Assembly (NCBI GenBank): GCA_050258155.1
Contig: JBLMYG010000057.1
Coordinates: forward strand, 1 to 37,370
DNA from: Acidithiobacillales bacterium
Lineage (GTDB): Bacteria; Acidobacteriota; Thermoanaerobaculia; UBA5066
DNA length: 37,370 nucleotides
Reading direction: 5' to 3'
The translations under genes and the position numbers were made by a program. The notes under the pieces are model-generated. The model was not told the origin of the DNA, made no database searches, and saw only the letters and a program-made list of their open reading frames with translations. Below are positions 1 to 8,108 of this stretch, piece by piece (within the stretch, counting starts at the first letter, position 1; each line of letters opens with the position of its first letter).

Positions 1-716
1 GCCCGCTCGCCGTCTCGCCGCGCGGCGGCAGGGAGGACCCCTTCGAGCGCCCGGGCGGCGCTCTCTGCCGAATCGACGAGGACCGTCCCGGGGGAGAGGT
101 GGCCGGCGATCGTCCCCTTCAGGAGCGGGTAGTGCGTGCAGCCGAGGACGACAACACGCGCTCCCGAGACCCGGACCGGTGCGAGGTAGCGCTCTGCTGC
201 GGCCTCGGCCACTTCGTTTGCGGTCCAGCCTTCCTCCGCGAGCGGCACGAAGAGCGGACATGGGGTGTGGAGGACCTGCCGCTCCGGGTCGAGGCTCCGG
301 ACGGCCCGTCCATAGGCGTCCGAGGCGACCGTCGCCTCTGTCGCGAGAACGGCAAGCGGCGACCGCCGCTCGCCCCTTCCTTCGAGCGCTCTCGCCGCCC
401 TCACGGCCGCAGCGGCGCCGGGGGCGACGACGCCGACAACCGGGACGGGCGAGAGCTCCTCGATCAGGTCGAGGGCCAGCGCAGAGGCGGTGTTGCAGGC
501 GACGACGAGCGCCTTGATACCCCGCTCGAGCAGTATCTCCACCGCGCGGCGCGAGTAGCGGCGCACCGTCTCGCGGGACTTGGTGCCGTACGGGAGGCGC
601 GCCGTGTCGCCGAGGTAGAGGAGGTTCTCCGACGGAAGCCGGCGCGCCACCGCGTCGAGGACCGTGAGGCCGCCGACACCCGAGTCGAAGAGACCGATGG
701 GCCGGGCGTCCGTCAC
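1..716 (-). CDS. murI: Glutamate racemase, partial (3' end runs off the window)
   Basis: Not in the ORF track. Manual translation from GTG at 716 gives MTDARPIGLFDSGVGGLTV...LYLGDTARLPYGTKS...VACNTAS...VLGCTHYPLL; both catalytic Cys motifs are present. Confidence 0.95.
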   Translation of the reverse strand, partial: MTDARPIGLFDSGVGGLTVLDAVARRLPSENLLYLGDTARLPYGTKSRETVRRYSRRAVEILLERGIKALVVACNTASALALDLIEELSPVPVVGVVAPGAAAAVRAARALEGRGERRSPLAVLATEATVASDAYGRAVRSLDPERQVLHTPCPLFVPLAEEGWTANEVAEAAAERYLAPVRVSGARVVVLGCTHYPLLKGTIAGHLSPGTVLVDSAESAARALEGVLPAAARRDGER

Positions 717-747
717 GAGGCCAGTATGATCCGCCCGAGAAATCCCG

Positions 748-1707
748 ATGCATTTCCCGGCCTCAGGTGTCGACGTCTCGCCGTTCATCCCTCCTCTGGT
801 CGCCTTCGCCATATCGCTCTTCACGTCGACCGGCGGCGTCTCGGGAGCCTTCCTGATCCTTCCTTTCCAGATGAGCGTCCTCCACTTCACCTCACCGGCC
901 GTCAGCGCCACCAACCAGCTCTACAACATCGTGGCGATCCCCTCGGGCGTCTGGCGGTACGTCCGGGAAGGGCGGATGGTCTGGCCGCTCACGTGGGTCG
1001 TGATCGCCGGAACGCTGCCAGGAGTCCTGATCGGCGCCATCTTCCGCGTCCGCTACCTTCCCGACCCGGCGCGGTTCAAGCTCTTCGCCGGAGTCGTTCT
1101 CCTCTACATCGGGGGACGTCTCCTCAGGGATCTCCTTTCGAAGCGAAAAGGCGCCCTGGACGCCACGGCGGCGGAGGAGCGTTTCCAGGCCCTGGTCCGG
1201 CGGTACCGCGAGGCGGGCGGAAACGGTCCCGGCCGCGCCGGCCAGGCCATGCCCCGCGTAGCGGTCAAGAGATTCACCCCGTCTCGGATCGCGTACGAGT
1301 TCTACGGCGAGGTCTTCGACTTCTCGACGCCGGGTATCTTCGCCCTCAGCTTCGTCGTCGGCGTCGTGGGGGGCGTCTACGGGATCGGCGGGGGGGCCAT
1401 CATCGCGCCGTTCTTCGTGGCGTTCTTCGGCCTGCCGGTTTACACGGTAGCCGGGGCGGCACTCATGGGCACCCTCATCACCTCGGTCGCAGGGGTCCTC
1501 TTCTATCAGGCGATCGCGCCGTTCTACCCCGGGCTGGCGGTCGCGCCCGACTACCCTCTCGGCCTCCTGTTCGGCATCGGCGGCATGGCGGGGATGTACC
1601 TTGGGGCTCGCCTCCAGAAGCACCTCCCGGCGAAGGCCATCAAGGGGATGCTCGCGGCCGTCATCCTCTTCATGGCGGTCCGGTACATCGCGGAGTTCCT
1701 CCGATGA
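748..1707 (+). CDS. TSUP (TauE/SafE, DUF81) family sulfite/sulfur-oxyanion transporter
   Basis: Multi-TM 319 aa protein with two repeated halves: STGGVSGAFLILP and GGVYGIGGGAIIAPF motifs. Confidence 0.85.
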   Translation: MHFPASGVDVSPFIPPLVAFAISLFTSTGGVSGAFLILPFQMSVLHFTSPAVSATNQLYNIVAIPSGVWRYVREGRMVWPLTWVVIAGTLPGVLIGAIFRVRYLPDPARFKLFAGVVLLYIGGRLLRDLLSKRKGALDATAAEERFQALVRRYREAGGNGPGRAGQAMPRVAVKRFTPSRIAYEFYGEVFDFSTPGIFALSFVVGVVGGVYGIGGGAIIAPFFVAFFGLPVYTVAGAALMGTLITSVAGVLFYQAIAPFYPGLAVAPDYPLGLLFGIGGMAGMYLGARLQKHLPAKAIKGMLAAVILFMAVRYIAEFLR

Positions 1708-1723
1708 CGAAAACGCGCCAACT

Positions 1724-4192
1724 TCAGGTGAAGGCGGCGTAGTCGCCCCGGAGGAAGTGCTCCGTGAAGTGGCGCATGTTCGTTTCATCCTGCATCAGCA
1801 TGTCGAGCTGCCGGGCGCAGCCCATCAGGGAGCCGAGCGTGGACAGAGCCTCCTCAGAGGGCCCGCGCGGATAGCGCCGCAGCCAGGCCGTGACGAGATC
1901 CCCCCGCCGGTCCACGCCGAAGCCGGACCTCAGGAGGACCTCGGAAAGGAACCGGGCCCTCAGATCGCGCCGCTCCTCCCCCGCGCCGCCGCCCCGGAAG
2001 CGGAAGTTCACGAAGTTGTTCTCGGGGACGGGCGAGATGAAGGCATCCACCATCGCGAAGTGGTAGGCGAGCCGGGCGTTGAGGTTGACATAGTCGGGGG
2101 CGACCATCAGGTAGTTCCGACCGCCCACCTCTCGCACGCCGGAGCGCGAATCGCCGATCGACGAGCCGAGGACCGACATGAAGCCCCCCAGGCTGATCTG
2201 GGTTCGCCCGGCCCAGCTCACCCCCGGCCGGGTCATGCCGCGCCAGAGCGCCTGGAAGGGACGTGACGCGATCTCCTCCGGCCGGACTCTTCGCTGTTCG
2301 AGGGCCGGCGCCGGAAGGGTCCCGCCGAGGTCGAGGACCGCGAGCGGAAGCGGCACGTCGCTCTCCAGCCGGCAGACCTGCCGCTGGCCCTCCCGGCCCA
2401 CCTCGTCGCCGAGCTCGAACATGGCCGCCACGGCCTTCTCGTGGGTGAAGCGGACGATGTCGTGGACGGAGCGGCAGGCCCGCGCGCGAAAGTTGAAGGC
2501 CTGTGGGTTCGTCAGGTTGAGCGCGAGCACGCGCTCGTGCAGCGGGCTGGCGAGGCGTCGGGCGGGAAGATGCCGGATGCGGCTCCGGACCCGCTCGATC
2601 ACGTCCGGCCAGAGTCTCCCCTCGAAGACGAGCCGCCGCGTCGCGTCGAGGCTCAGGGACGGGCGCCCGCCCAGACGCTCCTCCGCTTCCTCGACGCCGA
2701 AAAGCGTCGGAACGCCGAACTCGCGGACGAGGGCCGCGGCGTGTCCTGCAGGGTTTCCCTGCTCGGCCACCACGCCGGCCAGGCGCGGCAGGACGGCCGC
2801 AAGCTCCGGCCCGGCCTGACGCACCACGAGAACGGCACCCTCCGGCGCTGCGAGGACCTCCTCCATGGAACGCGCCCGATGCACGGGGCCGACGGCCCGG
2901 CCCGGGAATATCGTGACGCCTCCGGTCGCCAGAGGCGCCGCGCCATCTCCCGCCGCCACCCCCTCCGCTCCGACGTCCACCGTCCGGAGTGGCCGGCACT
3001 GGACGATCCGGAGGGCATCCTCCCGGGTCAGGACCCACTCGATGTCGAGCGGGCCTCCTCGGAAGGCCTCCAGCTTCAGGCCGACCTCCACGAGAGCTTT
3101 CACGTCGCTGCCGGAGAGGGGCGCGCCGGCGGCCCGGGGCTCCGCCGCCCCGGACTGAGCCGATGTCTCGATCTCGCCGGGGCGGCTCCGCCGGGCGAGG
3201 AGGGTCCATGCCGCCGTTTCGCCGCGCACCATGGCGTCAGCGAGCCCGGCTACGGCGTCGATGAGCATCCGGTCCGCGGTCTCGTTGCGCGGGTCGCGTG
3301 TGTAGAGCACGCCGGCCGCGCGCGCCTCCAGCATCGGCATCACGAGGACGGCCATCGGCGTCTCGGCTTCCGTGAACCCTCCCACCAGGCGGTAGAGGAC
3401 GGCGTGATCGCCGAAACGGCTGGCCAGGACGATCCGGTACGCAGGCGCGAGAGCCTCGGGCGGGACGCCGAGAACGGTCTCGAACTGCCCGGCGAAGCTC
3501 ATCAGGCCGTCTTCGCCGACGGCGCTGGAGCGGACGGCGAGGCGCTCCGGCGGGCCCTCCCCGAACAGGCGAACCCCGAGAGCGAGGGCCTCGAGCACGC
3601 GGCCCGGCACCGGGCTTCCCTCGATCAGCGCCCGGATCTCCCGCGTCCGCTCCTGAAAGAGCCGCCGCCCCGTGATCAGGCTCAGGTCCCTGAAGAGCTT
3701 TCGGATCGGCTCGTTGAGGCGGTTCTCGGAGAGGAAAAGACGGTACGCAGCCGTCGTGACGACGAATCCGGGAGGGACGGCGCCCGGAAACACCGCGAGG
3801 AGTGGCCCGAGTCCGGCCGCCTTTCCCCCGACCTCCCGGATTCTGGCCGGCCCGGCCTCGGCGAGCGGCAGGGTGAGCGGCAACGCCGAAGGCGCGGGAA
3901 ACGAGCGGAGCGTGGAGCGCACGGCCCCTTCGATCTCTGCGTGGGCGGCGTAGAGAGAGCGGTGGGAGGCCCCGGTCAGAAGGTTCAGGTTCTCGGCGAG
4001 GAGGAGCGATCCGTCCAGGAGACGGAGCACCGGATGGACGACGACAGGCTCTCCCGGGTCGTAGTGGGCCAGGTCCGCCTCGAGGTCGGCCATCTGCTCG
4101 AGCATCTCGCTGTTCGCCGCGAGCAGGCGCCGGAGGATCCGGTACCGGTGCCTGAGGGGATCGTCTGGGGGCGGAAGCGCGCTTTCAGGCAC
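1724..4192 (-). CDS. PEP-synthase/PPDK-like phosphotransferase: ATP-grasp + phospho-His swivel domain + uncharacterised C-terminal domain
   Basis: Motifs GGKAAGL, PPGFVVTT, AVRSSAVGED..SFAGQFET, DIEW, VQCRP and GNPAGHAAALVREFGVP (His codon 2741-2743). No PEP/pyruvate TIM-barrel motifs. Start placed at GTG 4192, overlapping the upstream stop. Confidence 0.8.
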   Translation of the reverse strand: MPESALPPPDDPLRHRYRILRRLLAANSEMLEQMADLEADLAHYDPGEPVVVHPVLRLLDGSLLLAENLNLLTGASHRSLYAAHAEIEGAVRSTLRSFPAPSALPLTLPLAEAGPARIREVGGKAAGLGPLLAVFPGAVPPGFVVTTAAYRLFLSENRLNEPIRKLFRDLSLITGRRLFQERTREIRALIEGSPVPGRVLEALALGVRLFGEGPPERLAVRSSAVGEDGLMSFAGQFETVLGVPPEALAPAYRIVLASRFGDHAVLYRLVGGFTEAETPMAVLVMPMLEARAAGVLYTRDPRNETADRMLIDAVAGLADAMVRGETAAWTLLARRSRPGEIETSAQSGAAEPRAAGAPLSGSDVKALVEVGLKLEAFRGGPLDIEWVLTREDALRIVQCRPLRTVDVGAEGVAAGDGAAPLATGGVTIFPGRAVGPVHRARSMEEVLAAPEGAVLVVRQAGPELAAVLPRLAGVVAEQGNPAGHAAALVREFGVPTLFGVEEAEERLGGRPSLSLDATRRLVFEGRLWPDVIERVRSRIRHLPARRLASPLHERVLALNLTNPQAFNFRARACRSVHDIVRFTHEKAVAAMFELGDEVGREGQRQVCRLESDVPLPLAVLDLGGTLPAPALEQRRVRPEEIASRPFQALWRGMTRPGVSWAGRTQISLGGFMSVLGSSIGDSRSGVREVGGRNYLMVAPDYVNLNARLAYHFAMVDAFISPVPENNFVNFRFRGGGAGEERRDLRARFLSEVLLRSGFGVDRRGDLVTAWLRRYPRGPSEEALSTLGSLMGCARQLDMLMQDETNMRHFTEHFLRGDYAAFT

Positions 4193-4580
4193 GCTCGTCT
4201 CTTTCCTCGCGGAGGGAGGCGGCTGCATGCTGGACGACCTCGCGCAGGCGGTCGGTCCGGAGAGGCTTCGAGAGGACCTCGAAGGCGCCGAGCGCCATCG
4301 CCTCGGCCGCCACCTCCGGCGACGGGTAGCCGGTGATCAAGATGACCTTCGAGGCGCGCGATTTGGCGCGCACCCGCTTCAGGAGGGTCATGCCGTCGAT
4401 CCCTTTCATCCTGATGTCGCTCACGACGATGTCGAAGCCGGCCTCGAGGAAGCGGGCGAGCGCGAGAGCGGAGTCTTCGAACGTCTCCACCTCGAAGCCG
4501 AGCTTCTCGAGAACGGGTTTGAGCCTCCTGCCGACGATCGGCTCGTCGTCCACGATCAGGGCGCGGAGGGGCCCGCTCAT
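4185..4580 (-). CDS. Stand-alone response regulator receiver
   Basis: VDDEPIV, SDIRM (phospho-Asp), ITGY, SKP; 131 aa with no output domain. Confidence 0.92.
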   Translation of the reverse strand: MSGPLRALIVDDEPIVGRRLKPVLEKLGFEVETFEDSALALARFLEAGFDIVVSDIRMKGIDGMTLLKRVRAKSRASKVILITGYPSPEVAAEAMALGAFEVLSKPLRTDRLREVVQHAAASLREERDERA

Positions 4581-6115
4581 CAGCCGGTCCCGCGGAATGC
4601 GTCCGCATCAGGACCGGTGGCAGGGCGTCCTCCACCGGTGAGGTCGGGCCCGGCGAGGCGGGCGCGAAGCCGGCCCACGGCGCGGACCCGGTCCTCTATC
4701 TCCGGCCCCGGCAGGCCGCGGAGCCACCCGGTCACGTCACGCCCCGTCCGCGACACGACGAATCCGAGGGGCTCCAGGAGACGGGCGGCGAGCTCTCCAC
4801 GCGCCCCCTCGGGGTCACCCTCGCCGCGCGGCGAGAAGCGGCAATAGACGCTGTTGCCTTCCGCTGCGTCGGAGGCCGTGGCATCGAGCAGGTCGAAGCC
4901 GTCCAGGAGGGGCATCGCGGCGAGGGCGTGCTCCTCGGTGGCGACGGCCTCGACGGCGCAGGGCGGCTGCTGGAAGGCCTCGCCCCCCTGGCCTTCCGGG
5001 CTCGTCAGCCCCTGGAGAAGAGCGCCGAGGGGACGCGATGAGGGCTCCTCCGGCTGCATTCCTCCCCGCGAGCCGTGACCTTGCGAGCGCCCGAGGTGGA
5101 CGACGTGAACGCTGCACGAGGGCGCCCCGGCGAGACGGAGACCGGTCCCCGCATCGCCGCATCGGCTCGTGAGGAGCGCGGCCATCGCATCGCCCGCGAA
5201 GCTCTGGGCGAGGTGGACGAGATCGTGGAAGGTCCGGCAGTCGCCGATGGCCGGCAGGGCGCGGTCTGCAGGAAGGGTGAGGGAAAAGGCGGCCTGCCGC
5301 ACGGACCGGAGCAGGGCGTACTCGGGCTCTTCGCCCGAAGCGGCGCGCGTCGAGACGTCGTAGTCCAGAAGCTCGCCGATGCGCCCCTCGTAGACCACGG
5401 TCTCGTCGGCGTCGACCGTCACCTCTCTCCCGTCGCGCAGAAACCGGGTCGCGTCGCCGAGCCCCACGATGGCAGGGATGCGCAGCTCCCGCGCCCGGCG
5501 CGCGGCCGGAGCCGCCACCCCTCCCCGGTCGAGGAGAAGAGCCGCGGCCCGCCCCATGGCTTCCAGCGCGCCGTGCCCGGACGGCAGATCCCCCGCCACC
5601 AGCACACACCCCGCTTGAAGGGGCTCCCGGAGCGGTCCGTCTCCGAGATTGCGAACGACGCCGGCGGCGACGCCCCGGCAGGCCACCTGACCCCGTTCGC
5701 GGCAGACGACCCGCGAGCGCGACAGGGCGGCCGCGAGCCTCGCGGGGCTGACCGCAGGTGAGACCTCTCCCCCCGGCCTCGCCTGCGATCCCGCGCCTTT
5801 CTCGACGAGAAGGCTCCGGAGCTCGGCCCGAAGCTGCTCGGCCCGTTCGTAGATCGCCAGATTCCGCTGCGAGGCGAGAACGTTGAGGTCGAAGGACATC
5901 CCGTCGGCGATCTCCGCCACCTGCTCCGCAAGGGAGACGATGTACTGCCGGTCCAGTATGAAGCTGCCTCCCTGCTTCTCCGCCGCGTCCTCAAGAAGCG
6001 CGAGGAAAGCGCCATAGCTTCGAAGGAGTTGACGGAAGCGCGTTGCGCGGAGCTTGAGGAGAAGGAGATCCTCTCTCCCACCCGCCGGCCGAAGGATACG
6101 GCCCAGCCACGACAT
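4580..6115 (-). CDS. Degenerate paralog of the PEP-synthase-like protein (no ATP-grasp domain; swivel-domain His replaced by Pro)
   Basis: Swivel-domain signatures GVAAGVV...GGVAAPAARRARELRIPAIVG...EVTVDA. The N- and C-terminal blocks align by eye with 1724-4192 (CRTFHDLVHL vs CRSVHDIVRF). GGAGG RBS. Confidence 0.72.
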   Translation of the reverse strand: MSWLGRILRPAGGREDLLLLKLRATRFRQLLRSYGAFLALLEDAAEKQGGSFILDRQYIVSLAEQVAEIADGMSFDLNVLASQRNLAIYERAEQLRAELRSLLVEKGAGSQARPGGEVSPAVSPARLAAALSRSRVVCRERGQVACRGVAAGVVRNLGDGPLREPLQAGCVLVAGDLPSGHGALEAMGRAAALLLDRGGVAAPAARRARELRIPAIVGLGDATRFLRDGREVTVDADETVVYEGRIGELLDYDVSTRAASGEEPEYALLRSVRQAAFSLTLPADRALPAIGDCRTFHDLVHLAQSFAGDAMAALLTSRCGDAGTGLRLAGAPSCSVHVVHLGRSQGHGSRGGMQPEEPSSRPLGALLQGLTSPEGQGGEAFQQPPCAVEAVATEEHALAAMPLLDGFDLLDATASDAAEGNSVYCRFSPRGEGDPEGARGELAARLLEPLGFVVSRTGRDVTGWLRGLPGPEIEDRVRAVGRLRARLAGPDLTGGGRPATGPDADAFRGTG

Positions 6116-6207
6116 CGGTCAGCCTCCCCGGCGCAAAGAGACGCGCGGTGCTCCGATCAGGACGCTCGATCGTAGCTCACGGATCACGGGACCTCCGCGA
6201 GGGAGGC

Positions 6208-6225
6208 CGTTACGCAGGGGTGACA
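6208..6225. promoter_or_regulatory. Putative activator (UAS) site CGTTAC-N6-GTGACA; weaker second copy at 6238-6255
   Basis: cgttac gcaggg gtgaca; the motif recurs in four intergenic regions; centre 105 bp upstream of the -24 GG at 6321-6322. Confidence 0.65.
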
Positions 6226-6319
6226 AGTTCCTCCGGGCGTTACGGCTCCGCAAGGCCGGTCTGCCTTGGTCTGCCCGTCGCGTTATTCCTTCTGAAGGTT
6301 TTCCGCTCCTCGAGGCATC

Positions 6320-6335
6320 TGGCAGCGACCTTGCT
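6320..6335 (+). promoter_or_regulatory. Sigma-54 (-24/-12) promoter of the cmk-like/DUF202/HK/REC operon
   Basis: TGGCAGCGACCTTGCT: GG-N10-GC spacing with TTGCT, ending 27 bp before ATG 6363. Confidence 0.75.
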
Positions 6336-6362
6336 GCCCTCTCCGCCGGGTCTGGGGGCCGC

Positions 6363-7175
6363 ATGCCGGTTGTTCTCATCTCTCGCGGCACCATGTCGGG
6401 CGGCGAGGCGCTGGCTCACTGCCTCGCGGAGCGCCTGTCGCTGCGATATGTGCGCCGCGAGGACCTGATCGAGGTCGTCGATGCGCAGGGCGAGTACGCG
6501 AAGAAGGTCCGGGCGAGCCTCGACCGGGCCACCCGAGCCTACGACCAGTTCGGCCAGCTCCGCCGCCCCTATCTCGTCCTGATGCGACGCGCCCTGCTCG
6601 GCTTCATCCGGGAGGATAAGGTCGTCTACGCCGGCTACGCGAGCCACCTCCTCGTGCCGAATCTCCCGTGCTGCCTGAGGGTCCGGATCAACGCCCCGAT
6701 GGCCCTGAGAGTCCGGTACGCGATCAGCCGGCTCGGCCTGCCGGAGAGCGAGGCACGGGAACACATTCTTCGGGAGGACGAGCAGCGGGTCCGCTGGGGC
6801 CGCTTCATGTACGGGCACGACATCAGGGACCCCGACCTCTACGACGTCTGCTTCTTCCTCGACAGGATGTCGATCGACACGATCTGCAGCATGGTCATGG
6901 CCGGCCTCGCCGAGAAGGACTTCCAGAGAGGGCCGGAGGCCGGGAAGGCGCTGGAGGAGCTCTTCCTCTCGGCGAGCGTCGAGGCGGCGCTCGTGAGCGA
7001 CCGCCGGACGCATGCCTGGGAGATCGGAGCACGGGCCCGCGACCGAAGCGTTCTTCTCGAAGGCCCCTTCCTCGAGGAGCGCCAGCTCTCCGACGTTCTC
7101 GAGGTCGCCCGGGGCGTCAGCGGCGTCGAGGCCGTCGAGTACCAACCAGGATGCGTGTCGAGTTTCGACGGATGA
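6363..7175 (+). CDS. Cytidylate-kinase-like family protein with C-terminal BON-like domain
   Basis: MPVVLISRGTMSGGEALAHCLAERL, LRVRINAP...R, ED..R..W...YG.D..DP..YD; the C-terminal ~70 aa is BON-like. Start moved from 6054 to ATG 6363. Confidence 0.78.
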   Translation: MPVVLISRGTMSGGEALAHCLAERLSLRYVRREDLIEVVDAQGEYAKKVRASLDRATRAYDQFGQLRRPYLVLMRRALLGFIREDKVVYAGYASHLLVPNLPCCLRVRINAPMALRVRYAISRLGLPESEAREHILREDEQRVRWGRFMYGHDIRDPDLYDVCFFLDRMSIDTICSMVMAGLAEKDFQRGPEAGKALEELFLSASVEAALVSDRRTHAWEIGARARDRSVLLEGPFLEERQLSDVLEVARGVSGVEAVEYQPGCVSSFDG

Positions 7176-7206
7176 CGGAGCGCCAGCGAAGGCCGGGAGA
7201 CCACCC

Positions 7207-8094
7207 ATGCCGATGACGACAGACACCAGTGGCCACGCATTCACCGAGACGGTCGAGGAGTTTCTCTCCCGCGCTGCCGAGGCCGAGGAATCGCTCGTCC
7301 GGCTCGCAGCCGCCCGAAACGAGCTTCTCCGGGTCTCGAGCGAGACCGGCGTGAAGCTCCTCGGCTTCACGTCGAGCACGACGGGTCTCACGGAACGCCA
7401 GACATCGATGGCCCAGGAGAGGACCGCCCTGACCCGCGAGCAGACGCGCCTCTCCACCCGGAGCACCGAGCTCGCGGGCATCCGCACCGACCTCGGCCGC
7501 GAGCGGACGAGCCTCGCGGGCCAGCGGACGGACCTGGCGGTCGCGCGGACCGAGATGGCGCGCCGCCGCACCTCGCTGGCCGAGGGGCGGACGGGCCTGG
7601 CGCAGTCCCGGACGGGGCTCGCCGAAGAGCGGACGGGGCTCGCCCGGCAGCGGACGGGGATGGCGCACGAGCGGACGGCGCTCTCCTCCACGCGCACCGA
7701 CCTCGCCCGGGACCGGAACCGCCTCGCCGAAGAGCGGACCGGCTACTCCGTGCGGCGAACGGACCTCGCGGCCGAGCGGAACGTGCTCGCCACGGTCCGC
7801 ACGGACCGGGCGGCGTCGCGTACGCGGCTCTCGACTCAGAGGACCGAGATGGCCCGGGAAAGGACGTACCTCGCCCTTCTCAGGACCGGTCTCGCGCTGC
7901 TGACCTTCGGCATCGTCCTCTTCCGCTACTTCGGGGTCTCGTGGTGGAGCCTCTTCGACGCGGCGCTCGTCTTCGTCGCACTGGTCCTCCTCTCTGTGGG
8001 GGTGACGGGCTACCTCAAGAGCCACCGCAAGGTCGTGGAACTCGGGGATCGTCTCCGGTCCGACAAGGGCCTGAGCGATCTGGAGGCGGGCTGA
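7207..8094 (+). CDS. DUF202/YidH-like membrane protein with a long N-terminal heptad-repeat helix
   Basis: C-terminal MARERTYLALLRTGLALLTFG plus two TM helices is the DUF202 signature; GGGAGA RBS before ATG 7207. Confidence 0.75.
   Translation: MPMTTDTSGHAFTETVEEFLSRAAEAEESLVRLAAARNELLRVSSETGVKLLGFTSSTTGLTERQTSMAQERTALTREQTRLSTRSTELAGIRTDLGRERTSLAGQRTDLAVARTEMARRRTSLAEGRTGLAQSRTGLAEERTGLARQRTGMAHERTALSSTRTDLARDRNRLAEERTGYSVRRTDLAAERNVLATVRTDRAASRTRLSTQRTEMARERTYLALLRTGLALLTFGIVLFRYFGVSWWSLFDAALVFVALVLLSVGVTGYLKSHRKVVELGDRLRSDKGLSDLEAG
7378..7902 (+). repeat. 25 in-frame 21-bp/7-aa tandem repeats, consensus R-T-x-L-A-x-x
   Basis: TTGLTER QTSMAQE RTALTRE ... RTGLAQS RTGLAEE RTGLARQ ... RTYLALL RTGLALL with no register break; near-identical DNA units cggacggggctcgcc in the middle. 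Confidence 0.9.
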
Positions 8095-8108
8095 GCCGCG
8101 ACGACGTG

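Noticed and set aside
6131-6150. Possible minus-strand sigma-54 promoter for the PPS-like operon (..GCGCGTCTCTTTGC)
   Set aside because: Lacks the -24 GG and would start transcription downstream of the RBS.
7378-7902. 21-bp periodicity as a CRISPR array or non-coding repeat
   Set aside because: No spacers; the units are degenerate at the DNA level and conserved as amino-acid heptads in a coding frame.
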